A stretch of 64,000 bases of DNA, from the IMG/VR virus record IMGVR_UViG_3300040959_000809; one strand, 5' to 3'. The notes beneath the pieces were generated by a model, which was not told the DNA's origin, ran no database searches, and was given only the letters and a program-made list of their open reading frames with translations. This document shows positions 28,613 to 36,670 of the stretch, in pieces; position 1 is the stretch's first letter; every line of letters starts with the position of its first letter. Position numbers and translations under genes: made by a program. Source of the stretch: a virus.

Positions 28613-29539
28613 TTAGTTTTTATATTGTGATCTGACCATATCATTATGGACAGCATCTGAAGCCAAATTACTAAGAGCTCTTCTGTTGTCAGGAATATTA
28701 GAGTCTGATAATTTAACTGTTTCTGGATAGGCACCCCCAGGAATCTGTGCCTGATAATAAGTATTAAACTCTGGTACCGCTGATAGTCGTAACATTTTTT
28801 CCTGTTCTTTTGCAGTAGTAACAAAACCTTCTATGTCCATGCCAGCATTTAATTGTCTGATAGGATCATCTTCAGTGGCCTCTTCCTGCTGTGTCTTTCT
28901 TTGTTCTTTTTCAGTCACATCTTCTTCCTCATCACCCATTTGGTCCCTATTCATTACCAATTGGACGTATTCATCATAGTAAGGGTCACCTGGTTGTGGA
29001 GGTGCTTCAAAGAGTCCTTGATCTTGCATCCATGCAAATAAAGCATCCTCATACCCAGGACATTCTGGATTTGAAATTACTACATAACACTCATCATACT
29101 TATAGCTGTATATGACAGTAGGGTTGTTAATAGTACCTTCACCTTCCGTTTGAATGGATCCTGTACCAAATGCTGTTGCTGGTGTATTTTCAATCGAAAT
29201 GAGCCTACTAATTGTGTTACCAGGTAAACCAGACCAATCGTCGGTACTTCTGAAAACATAGCCTGGCCCTTGTGCATTTTCATTCTGCACATGAACTAAT
29301 AAATTATCACCCGGTTCTTTATCTACTGTATAGCGATAAAAAATATTACCGATAGTCAAGCCCGTCTGTGCTGGTAGTATATTAGCCATTACCCAGCTAA
29401 GTCCATTTGCGGCCGCATTATTTGTGGTACTGTAGACTTCAGTCCCCGTCCCTGTTACCCCTATTTCTTCAGAGTAACAAAAGGAGGAGGAGAGTGCCCA
29501 AAATACCACCGCCGATAAGAGTGCTCTTTGTCTCTTCAT
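28613..29539 (-). CDS. secreted protein with a beta-rich N-domain and an acidic C-domain
   Basis: Signal-like N-terminus; DECYVVISNPECPGY; acidic, low-complexity tail. Confidence 0.65.
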   Translation of the reverse strand: MKRQRALLSAVVFWALSSSFCYSEEIGVTGTGTEVYSTTNNAAANGLSWVMANILPAQTGLTIGNIFYRYTVDKEPGDNLLVHVQNENAQGPGYVFRSTDDWSGLPGNTISRLISIENTPATAFGTGSIQTEGEGTINNPTVIYSYKYDECYVVISNPECPGYEDALFAWMQDQGLFEAPPQPGDPYYDEYVQLVMNRDQMGDEEEDVTEKEQRKTQQEEATEDDPIRQLNAGMDIEGFVTTAKEQEKMLRLSAVPEFNTYYQAQIPGGAYPETVKLSDSNIPDNRRALSNLASDAVHNDMVRSQYKN

Positions 29540-30038
29540 TTACTACCTTATTTTTGTTTCCAGGCATTTGATCCTGGTTTTCTTCCCAAGCAGCTTTAGC
29601 TTCTACACCAATTTTACCATCAAAGGGACATGGTGTGCCGGCATTCATCATTGCATTAAAAATACGCTCATCCTGACACATTACAGAAACAGCTGCCACC
29701 TTCATGCCCATATCATATAAAGTCTTAGCATTTTTTAACTTTTCACAATTCATATCACGAACAGTTTTACCTGCTGAAATTCCCAATATTTGAGTCTGCA
29801 CTGCCCCAGCAATACCTACGGTACACAGATCAGAATTTGCCGTATTAATCTGTGGAGATATAGCTGAAGGAGGAGCGGTTTTTACTGTTGTGGTGGAATC
29901 ACTTGTCGAGTTAATTGTACTCTGTGTAGTTGATTCTGTTTTAATAGTATCACTTGCTGTGCTGTCTGCTTCCTGACCTAATGCAAAATTAGGCAAGCAT
30001 AACATCATTAACAAGAACATCATTTTAGATTTAGTCAT
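29469..30038 (-). CDS. secreted, C-terminally anchored Cys-containing protein
   Basis: Signal peptide ending FALG-Q, S/T-rich linker, 4-Cys core, and hydrophobic C-tail GGGILGTLLLLLLL. Confidence 0.7.
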   Translation of the reverse strand: MTKSKMMFLLMMLCLPNFALGQEADSTASDTIKTESTTQSTINSTSDSTTTVKTAPPSAISPQINTANSDLCTVGIAGAVQTQILGISAGKTVRDMNCEKLKNAKTLYDMGMKVAAVSVMCQDERIFNAMMNAGTPCPFDGKIGVEAKAAWEENQDQMPGNKNKVVNEETKSTLIGGGILGTLLLLLLL

Positions 30039-30076
30039 AGTATTAATCCCGTGTAATCATTATTTTATCACATGCT

Positions 30077-30084
30077 TATTTATA
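30077..30084 (-). promoter_or_regulatory. T4-type late promoter TATAAATA heading the secreted-protein operon
   Basis: tatttata on the + strand, 39 bp upstream of ATG 30038. Confidence 0.7.
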
Positions 30085-30134
30085 CATCCAGCCAGCCTAT
30101 TTCTGTTAAAACTTACTGGTAGCCTTAGTTCTCC

Positions 30135-30205
30135 GTGTCACAAATGTGACACTACAAGGTTGTCAAAACTTTGACATTGACAAATAAAGATTAATGTGTT
30201 AATAT
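30135..30205 (+). promoter_or_regulatory. sigma70 promoter preceded by two palindromic operator-like sites
   Basis: GTGTCAC-aaat-GTGACAC (30135-30152) and TGTCAA-aact-TTGACA (30161-30176), then TTGACA(30177)-17 bp-TAATAT. Confidence 0.6.
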
Positions 30206-30208
30206 ATA

Positions 30209-30270
30209 GAGTAGGCAGTGGGTAAAGCGCTGTCTATTTCAATGCGAGCGACGGGGTAAAGCCGTCAAGC
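30209..30270 (+). ncRNA. candidate cis-regulatory leader RNA: two hairpins with identical GGUAAAG loops
   Basis: Stem 30209-30220/30228-30240 and stem 30250-30254/30262-30266, each capped by G-GGTAAAG-C; ends just before the AGGAG RBS. Confidence 0.55.
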
Positions 30271-30284
30271 AAAAGGAGAACTAA

Positions 30285-31250
30285 ATGGAACTACTCACAA
30301 TGTGGAGTCTTATCGGATTCCTGCTTGCTGCGTATGCAGTTATCGCCAACGATTCAGTACAAACGCTCGGTACTTGGATGGCATCAAACAATGAGCGATT
30401 TAATTATAAAGTATTATGGGCAGCGGCATCCGCTGTTTTATTGTATACACTATGGTATGGTTGGTATATGAATGGTGGCGATATATCTTATGGCCGTTTG
30501 AATAAAATTCCATTCCAAGATGTACAATGGTATCATGCCGCGGCACCTGCCATTCTTGTTTTACTAACACGAATGGGTGTTCCGGTTTCAACATCATTTT
30601 TAGTCTTATCAGTATTTGCTTCAACCTTTGTGTTGGAAAAAATGCTTATGAAATCAATTATGGGCTATGGTGTTGCTGCAGCATTTGCTTATGCTGTGTG
30701 GTTTGCTATCCATAAGTATTTTGGTAAATGGTACGACGAAACTCAACCAGTATCTGAAAGCAATAAAAAGTTTTGGCGTATTGCCCAATGGGTAGCAACA
30801 GGTGGATTATGGTTTACTTGGTTGTCGCATGATATTGCTAACATTGCAGTATTCCTACCACGTGCCATTCCTGTAGACCTAATGGTGTTTATCAGCATTG
30901 TGTTTGTTGCCGGCTTGTTCTTTATGTTTAGAGAAAAAGGTGGTAAGATCCAGAAGATTGTTTTGGAAAAACATAATACTCGATATGTACGGTCAGCGAC
31001 ACTAATTGACTTGTTCTATTGGTTATGTCTGTACTTTTTCAAAGAACTGAATGATATTCCTATGAGTACCACGTGGGTATTTGTTGGGTTACTTGCAGGT
31101 CGTGAATTGGCTATGGCTACATATTTTGGTAAAAAGAAAACAAAATCAGTATTTCCCTTGGTCGCTAAAGACTTTGGTAAAATGATGGTAGGACTTGGTG
31201 CCTCGGTTGCGTTAGTATTACTGATTCATTATGTTATAAACCCGTCATAA
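30285..31250 (+). CDS. multi-pass membrane transporter, PiT/PHO4 (phosphate/sulfate permease)-related
   Basis: About 9-10 TM segments. IANDSVQTLGT and SHDIANIA resemble the two repeated GAND/HGANDVANA PiT signatures; also PVSTS and PMSTT. Confidence 0.6.
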   Translation: MELLTMWSLIGFLLAAYAVIANDSVQTLGTWMASNNERFNYKVLWAAASAVLLYTLWYGWYMNGGDISYGRLNKIPFQDVQWYHAAAPAILVLLTRMGVPVSTSFLVLSVFASTFVLEKMLMKSIMGYGVAAAFAYAVWFAIHKYFGKWYDETQPVSESNKKFWRIAQWVATGGLWFTWLSHDIANIAVFLPRAIPVDLMVFISIVFVAGLFFMFREKGGKIQKIVLEKHNTRYVRSATLIDLFYWLCLYFFKELNDIPMSTTWVFVGLLAGRELAMATYFGKKKTKSVFPLVAKDFGKMMVGLGASVALVLLIHYVINPS

Positions 31251-31307
31251 ATTTGTTGACATTCCTCCTGTATTGATATATAGTACTATAGAGATACAGG
31301 AGGGTAT

Positions 31308-31547
31308 ATGTCAGAATATGATATTCAAGAAATAGCTGGAAGGTTGGCTTGGGATATTTTAACTAACGAAACCTACAGACCAGTAGATCGTAGTGGAAAA
31401 GCATGCCGAGAAAATATACATGATGCAATTGTAATAGCAATGTATAAAGGTGAGCTTCAACCGCTAAACGAAGAAATTATTGATGCAGCACTTGAAACTG
31501 TTGATGAAGTTCTCTTACAAATGAGAACACAAACAAAAGAAGATTAA
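31308..31547 (+). CDS. hypothetical protein
   Basis: AGGAGG RBS; promoter TTGACA(31256)-17 bp-TATAGT. Confidence 0.6.
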   Translation: MSEYDIQEIAGRLAWDILTNETYRPVDRSGKACRENIHDAIVIAMYKGELQPLNEEIIDAALETVDEVLLQMRTQTKED

Positions 31548-31563
31548 ATAATGAGGATTTATA

Positions 31564-32133
31564 ATGAGACAACCAGTATGGGTAACTTCACTCGGTAGAC
31601 GAAATATTGAAGGTCTTGAGAAAGAATTAGATGATATCACGTCCCGTGGTACAGAATTCCTAGATGATGCTACTATAGAAGGTGAAGCTCTTCCTAGCGA
31701 AGAGATGCGTAAAAGTAAAATTAAATTTTTAAAAAATCCCAGAATTCATGAAATGGTCACGGATATTTTCCGCAGAGCAAACAAAGAAGTCTTTGGCTTT
31801 GATACCGATTATGTGTGGGATATGCAATATACGGAATATTCAGCTGACCGACAAGATCACTTTGATTGGCACCTTGATGTTGACTGGGGTAGCCAATTGA
31901 TGCATGATCGAAAGCTAAGCATGTCAATACAATTATCAGATTCTGATGAGTACGAAGGTGGCGATTTAGAATTTGAAGGGCTTCAAGCTATGTCTCCAGC
32001 ACAACTGCTTGAACAAAGACAAAAAGGATTAGTAATTGTATTCCCTTCCTATATGAAACATAGGGTAACAGAATTAACAAAAGGATCTCGTAAGGCATTG
32101 GTATGCTGGATGGAAGGTCCACGGTGGAGGTAA
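31564..32133 (+). CDS. 2OG-Fe(II) oxygenase (prolyl-4-hydroxylase-like)
   Basis: HFDWHLD, RKLSMSIQLS, YEGGDL, FPSYMKHRV and GSRKALVCW. Confidence 0.9.
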   Translation: MRQPVWVTSLGRRNIEGLEKELDDITSRGTEFLDDATIEGEALPSEEMRKSKIKFLKNPRIHEMVTDIFRRANKEVFGFDTDYVWDMQYTEYSADRQDHFDWHLDVDWGSQLMHDRKLSMSIQLSDSDEYEGGDLEFEGLQAMSPAQLLEQRQKGLVIVFPSYMKHRVTELTKGSRKALVCWMEGPRWR

Positions 32134-32138
32134 CTTAA

Positions 32139-32366
32139 ATGCAAGTTGAAATTGAAGATATTGTTTTGGATGAGATTGTAGCTCAAAGGCTTAAAAGTGA
32201 TGCCGAGATTATTGATGGTGATCTCACCCAGCTACAAGAAAAAATGAAAATGGTAGGGCTCACAGATGATGAGGATGTAGAATATATGTGGTTGGTTAAT
32301 ACCCTGGATGCCTTGAATACAGCATTAAAGTACTACACTGGTGTTGGTTGGCCACAGAGAGAGTAA
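32139..32366 (+). CDS. hypothetical acidic protein
   Basis: 75 aa, GGAGG RBS. Confidence 0.55.
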   Translation: MQVEIEDIVLDEIVAQRLKSDAEIIDGDLTQLQEKMKMVGLTDDEDVEYMWLVNTLDALNTALKYYTGVGWPQRE

Positions 32367-32423
32367 AAAAGTTAAAATAAATGTAAAAAAATGGTTGACA
32401 TTCGTTACTACCTGTGTTATTAT
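32365..32423 (+). promoter_or_regulatory. early promoter cassette, copy 1 of a 38 bp direct repeat
   Basis: AAAAAAGTTAAAATAAATGTAAAAAAATGGTTGACATT, then TATTAT at 17 bp. Confidence 0.75.
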
Positions 32424-32450
32424 GTATATATGATAACAAAAGGTGATGAT

Positions 32451-32762
32451 ATGACTAAGTTTGAAAAAGAATTGTTCCAGTGGGACGGAATGTACTTAAT
32501 GTACAAAGGCGACTACAAAGGTTCAGTATTGATGAACGAAGCTCATCCGGACTGCCACCCTTCATGGATAGGCAAAGTCAAACCTGCATTTATTGCTCGG
32601 TTTAAATATGGACAAAAACCTTGGAAATCTTGGGTTAAATGTCTGGTAGAAAACTATACTGTTGAGGGCTATCTGGCTGAGGTTGAAGCAACCAATCCGT
32701 TGGAAGCAGTTCAAAAAGTTGGTTATGCTGGCCGTGGTAGATACCTTCGTAAAAAAAGTTAA
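32451..32762 (+). CDS. hypothetical early protein
   Basis: Likely start is ATG 32451, after AAGGTG. Confidence 0.6.
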   Translation: MTKFEKELFQWDGMYLMYKGDYKGSVLMNEAHPDCHPSWIGKVKPAFIARFKYGQKPWKSWVKCLVENYTVEGYLAEVEATNPLEAVQKVGYAGRGRYLRKKS

Positions 32763-32811
32763 AATAAATGTAAAAAAATGGTTGACATTTGCTTAGCAGG
32801 TGTTATATTAA
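32752..32811 (+). promoter_or_regulatory. early promoter cassette, copy 2 of the 38 bp direct repeat
   Basis: 32752-32789 is identical to 32365-32402. Confidence 0.75.
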
Positions 32812-32839
32812 TAGTATAAGGTAAATAAAGGAAAACCAA

Positions 32840-33115
32840 ATGTCAAGAATTACTCATTTAAACGACGGCTCAATGATCAAAGCAGATGTTGTGGAATCTT
32901 TCGACCGTGCGGTTGACAACCCCGAGAACATCAATACCGATGGTTCTATCAATTGGAACTTTGTAGATGCTGATATGAACCTTGACTGTGGTTACTATTC
33001 AGCTTCATATATTGCCGAATGCCTTGACAAACTGGCTGACGATTATGATCTAAACATTGCTTGGGATCGCTTGCAAGTTCTTAAAACTGATTATCTTGGA
33101 ATGGAGGCAGTATAA
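32840..33115 (+). CDS. hypothetical early protein
   Basis: 91 aa, AAGGA RBS. Confidence 0.6.
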   Translation: MSRITHLNDGSMIKADVVESFDRAVDNPENINTDGSINWNFVDADMNLDCGYYSASYIAECLDKLADDYDLNIAWDRLQVLKTDYLGMEAV

Positions 33116-33345
33116 TGAAACGTCAGTGGGTAGCAGATATGATCCTTGTGGAAGAAGAACAGCGCCGTATTGAACCATATGTATGCGAAGGCGACATGCA
33201 AGCTGAAGTTAAATCAGACATGGGCAAGTGGGCAAAAGCTACTGGTGTTTGGGGGAGCATGCACTACAGTCATATAGTTGAAGCTTATGCTGAGGCTCGT
33301 GGCTGGACTCAAGAAGGCTTTACTGGGCTGGAGGTCTGCGAATAG
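33115..33345 (+). CDS. hypothetical protein
   Basis: 76 aa, coupled, GGAGG RBS. Confidence 0.55.
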   Translation: MKRQWVADMILVEEEQRRIEPYVCEGDMQAEVKSDMGKWAKATGVWGSMHYSHIVEAYAEARGWTQEGFTGLEVCE

Positions 33346-33814
33346 ACAAGGCCCTGGCCGAGGGATAGAGTTCGTAACTCACCTTATCATCCTGATTACC
33401 ACCTAGAATAACATAATACTCTATACCAGTGACTGAATATGTTGAAATATAAAACCCTACATGGCCTTGCCATTCTGAATTGCCTCTTGGAAACACAATG
33501 ATGTCTCCTCGTTCTGGTTCAGATACTTTTTCACCCCAGAGCAAGAAACTTCTTGCCATCAAGGGATGTTCACTAACAGATTCAGATCCTGGTATATTGT
33601 TAACCTCTAGTACAGAATTTACAAATGCAGCACACCATTCATATCGGACTGGATCTAAACCAAGAAATTGCTTTAACTCTGCTCGGTCCTTAGTTTCGCT
33701 AGAGTGTAAAAACTCTCGAGCTGTTTTGATTGAGTCCGTAGTAGGATTCTCCAGCTCTAATTGCTCACAACCGGAAACTACAAAGAGAAATGGGATTAAT
33801 AAATGAAGACGCAT
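33320..33814 (-). CDS. lipoprotein with a TIGR02594-like (CHAP/NlpC-type) Cys-His amidase domain
   Basis: Lipobox VVSG-C; EWCAAFVN, ARSFL, GDIIVF, GHVGF and LGGNQ. Confidence 0.75.
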   Translation of the reverse strand: MRLHLLIPFLFVVSGCEQLELENPTTDSIKTAREFLHSSETKDRAELKQFLGLDPVRYEWCAAFVNSVLEVNNIPGSESVSEHPLMARSFLLWGEKVSEPERGDIIVFPRGNSEWQGHVGFYISTYSVTGIEYYVILGGNQDDKVSYELYPSARALSIRRPPAQ

Positions 33815-33905
33815 TTTTTGTTGACATACCAATCATAATGGGTTATAGTAATATTAATGTGCAACTTTATTTATTGGTCCGAGAAGGATTACAGAGGAAG
33901 AAAAA

Positions 33906-34367
33906 ATGAAAAATAAATTAATTGCTTTTGCCTTGGCAGGATCCATATGTACACCTGCATTTGCGGATACCGTTGCCAAGGTTCGTGATGTCTATATTGA
34001 CATTGAGCAGAGTACTCCTTTACAGGAAAGACGTTGTCGAAAAGTTGAGGTGCCTGTGTATGAGAGACAGCAAACAGAAGGTGACGCAGCCGGTGGTGCA
34101 TTGCTAGGTATGATCCTTGGTGGTGTAATTGGCAAAAGTGTTACAGGTGACGACGGTGGTGCCGCAGCAGGAGCAGTAATGGGTGGCCTTATTGGTGCTG
34201 ATAAAGGTTCACAACAAGGTAAAAATGTTATCGTTGGCTATAAGGAAAGCACACATTGTGATTATGTGACTACATGGAAAACTTCTACTGTAACAGAATA
34301 TAGCCACAGTGAGGTTACTTTTAAAACTGATGGAAAGGTATATACTCTGCGATTTTTAAAAGATTAG
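33906..34367 (+). CDS. glycine-zipper 2TM exported protein
   Basis: Signal peptide; GGALLGMILGGVIG...GAAAGAVMGGLIG. Confidence 0.75.
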   Translation: MKNKLIAFALAGSICTPAFADTVAKVRDVYIDIEQSTPLQERRCRKVEVPVYERQQTEGDAAGGALLGMILGGVIGKSVTGDDGGAAAGAVMGGLIGADKGSQQGKNVIVGYKESTHCDYVTTWKTSTVTEYSHSEVTFKTDGKVYTLRFLKD

Positions 34368-34411
34368 CAGGCTTCTAAATAGATTTGTTATTAATAAAGT
34401 GAGGAAAAAAT

Positions 34412-35224
34412 ATGAAAACAATTGCAGTATTTGGTTGTGGCTTTGTTGGCGGCACAACAGCTGAGTTTTTGGAAATGACTGGCTCTAAGGTAATTAGAGT
34501 TGATCCCGTAAAATATCCTGATACAATACCAGAGATTGCTATCAGCAAGGCAGACGGAATTATAATTGCAGTCCCTACTCCTATGGGAGATGATGGTCGT
34601 TGTGATGATTCCATTGTTCGAAGTCTCTTTAAAAAGATGGGCCCGAAAAAGCGTATTCTCTTAAAAAGCACAGTAACGATGGATAATATTGCAGACTATC
34701 CAAAGAACGTAGTTTACAATCCTGAGTTTCTTCGTGAACGGTGTGCAATGGAAGACTTTAAGGCAGCAGAGTTTCAAATTTTTGGATCAGCCGATAAAGG
34801 CAACAGCCTTGCGGATACAATGTGGTGGGCTGATTTGTTTGAAGACTCTTATAAAGTCTTAGGTAGGTTTATCGAATCTGTATTTACAGATAGAGCAACC
34901 GCAAGTATGATTAAATATGTACACAATTCATGGTTGGCAACAAAGGTTGCATGGTTTCATGAACTCTATGCAAATTTGCCAGAGGGCATTGACTATAAGT
35001 CACTGACTGCTACTCTTGGTATGTTTGAGCGTATTGGTCCTGATATGATGGCAGCACCTAATCATGAAGGAAGTCTGGGTTATGGTGGAGCTTGTTTCCC
35101 TAAGGATGTGAGTGCTCTATTGCAGATACTACCTCATTCAATTTTGGAAAAGGTTCACTCAACTAATTCTGAATTAAATAAATTCAGAGCAGAGCATAAG
35201 GAAACTGTATTGGAGGTAGCATGA
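34412..35224 (+). CDS. UDP-glucose/GDP-mannose dehydrogenase family protein (short form)
   Basis: GCGFVG, AVPTP, LKST, YNPEFLRE, KYVHN and GYGGACFPKD. Confidence 0.85.
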   Translation: MKTIAVFGCGFVGGTTAEFLEMTGSKVIRVDPVKYPDTIPEIAISKADGIIIAVPTPMGDDGRCDDSIVRSLFKKMGPKKRILLKSTVTMDNIADYPKNVVYNPEFLRERCAMEDFKAAEFQIFGSADKGNSLADTMWWADLFEDSYKVLGRFIESVFTDRATASMIKYVHNSWLATKVAWFHELYANLPEGIDYKSLTATLGMFERIGPDMMAAPNHEGSLGYGGACFPKDVSALLQILPHSILEKVHSTNSELNKFRAEHKETVLEVA

Positions 35225-35351
35225 ATCTAATAAAAGTTTTATTTTACAGAATGCTATTCTGGAATCATTCTTTTTTGGAAAACATCGTGATTGCATTCAT
35301 GCTGTTAGCAATGATAGGGTTGGCTTATATTTAAGCCAACCCTTCCAATAC

Positions 35352-35684
35352 TTATTTTTTGGCAGAATATGCATTCGCACCAAAGAATACTGATACCAAG
35401 GCAGAAATAGCAACAAAGTATGTTGGCGCAATATCACCCACAATACCTGCGGCTCCGTCTAGTCCTAGATAAGCTGTAAACATAATGGTAGCTGGATAGA
35501 GCAACATTCCAAACAATGCAAACCATGTCATTTTACGCATGGCATCCCTTTGAGCATCTTGATCTTCTAGTTCTCTCCGTTTGAATTCTAGATGCATGTT
35601 CATTTCTTCTTTTGAAATGTGTCCGTCACCGTTTGCGTCAACTCCTTCTACAGCATCCGCATCAATCGTTTTCTTTGCAGCCAT
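35352..35684 (-). CDS. EF-hand-like loop plus 2 TM protein (holin-like), late
   Basis: DANGDGHISKEE loop and two TM helices; TATAAATA at 35732-35739 on the minus strand. Confidence 0.6.
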   Translation of the reverse strand: MAAKKTIDADAVEGVDANGDGHISKEEMNMHLEFKRRELEDQDAQRDAMRKMTWFALFGMLLYPATIMFTAYLGLDGAAGIVGDIAPTYFVAISALVSVFFGANAYSAKK

Positions 35685-35811
35685 TGTGCAACCTCCTTTT
35701 TATTATGTTTTTTATGCACTTGCACAAATTTTATTTATAAAAAAATTAAAATAATGGTTGACATTCGCTCTGGATGGTATATATTAGTACTATAAACAGA
35801 AAGGATACACA

Positions 35812-35985
35812 ATGGAAATGTTTAAAAGATTCTATGAAATCACAGTCACATCTCCTGAAGGAAAACTTCTACATAAGTCAGAAGAATATTCTGGTTATTC
35901 AACATCTGAAGAACTAATGTATCTTGATAGAAAATATCCTGATTGTAAAGTTGAAGCTGAATTCAAAGAACTTCAAATCTCATAG
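35812..35985 (+). CDS. 57 aa hypothetical early protein
   Basis: Manual ORF MEMFKRFYEITVTS...; promoter TTGACA at 35758; AAGGA RBS. Confidence 0.55.
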   Translation: MEMFKRFYEITVTSPEGKLLHKSEEYSGYSTSEELMYLDRKYPDCKVEAEFKELQIS

Positions 35986-36075
35986 GAAAAAAATGAAAAT
36001 AAATGCAAATAAATGGTTGACATTTGCTATAGATGGTGTATATTAATACTATAAGGTGAAAACAAAGGAACTAAC

Positions 36076-36333
36076 ATGTCTATTCAGAAACTTATCGATC
36101 AAACTCACAGCTACTTTGTAGAAGCACAAGGTACAGACCTTGCTGATCTATATAAAGGTGATCTATCTGATTTCCAAGCAGTACAATGGATGATTAATTC
36201 GGATGACATTGATGATGCCGTCGCAAAAATCGATAATATGGATACGGAACCACGTGAGCAGATCATGTTGGCTATTGCGGATGAGTATGGTAATGGATAT
36301 GTAGAAACTGTAATAGGCTATGAGGTAGCATAA
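36076..36333 (+). CDS. hypothetical acidic early protein
   Basis: Promoter TTGACA at 36017; AAGGA RBS. Confidence 0.6.
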   Translation: MSIQKLIDQTHSYFVEAQGTDLADLYKGDLSDFQAVQWMINSDDIDDAVAKIDNMDTEPREQIMLAIADEYGNGYVETVIGYEVA

Positions 36334-36346
36334 ATTAAAATGATTA

Positions 36347-36423
36347 CTCGGTGTAGCGCAGTCTGGTAGCGCATTTGGTTTGGGACCAAAGGGTCGGGAG
36401 TTCGAATCTCTCCACCGAGACCA
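36347..36423 (+). tRNA. tRNA-Pro(TGG)
   Basis: Acceptor CTCGGTG/CACCGAG, anticodon loop TTTGGGA, GTTCGAATC, encoded CCA. Confidence 0.95.
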
Positions 36424-36451
36424 CTGACACAACTCTTTTGGAGACTTTATT

Positions 36452-36616
36452 ATGACTGAACTTATGACTGATATTGATGTTATTGAATCTGCATTAATCG
36501 CCTTTAACGAAGGTGCCAGCGATGAGAAATATGCGGCACTTTACTCTTTGGAAAAACTTCTGTTGGAAAAGAAGGACATGGTTGCAAAATTTGAAGCAAC
36601 TGCATGTGACTTATAG
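36452..36616 (+). CDS. 54 aa hypothetical protein
   Basis: Manual ORF MTELMTDIDVIESALIAF..., GGAG RBS. Confidence 0.5.
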   Translation: MTELMTDIDVIESALIAFNEGASDEKYAALYSLEKLLLEKKDMVAKFEATACDL

Positions 36617-36670
36617 GTCACATAATGATGTTATATATTGACTTTTGATGTATAACATCATAAATACTAT

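Noticed and set aside
32372-32386. TTAA-N7-GTAA in the early promoter repeat as a CtrA box
   Set aside because: One mismatch in an extremely AT-rich UP element, and other copies diverge further (GCAA, TGAA). Chance is not excluded without binding data.
35221-35334. 37 aa hydrophobic ORF after the UDP-sugar dehydrogenase, and a similar 32 aa ORF at 17776..17874
   Set aside because: Plausible coupled micro-ORFs, but too short and featureless to support a call.
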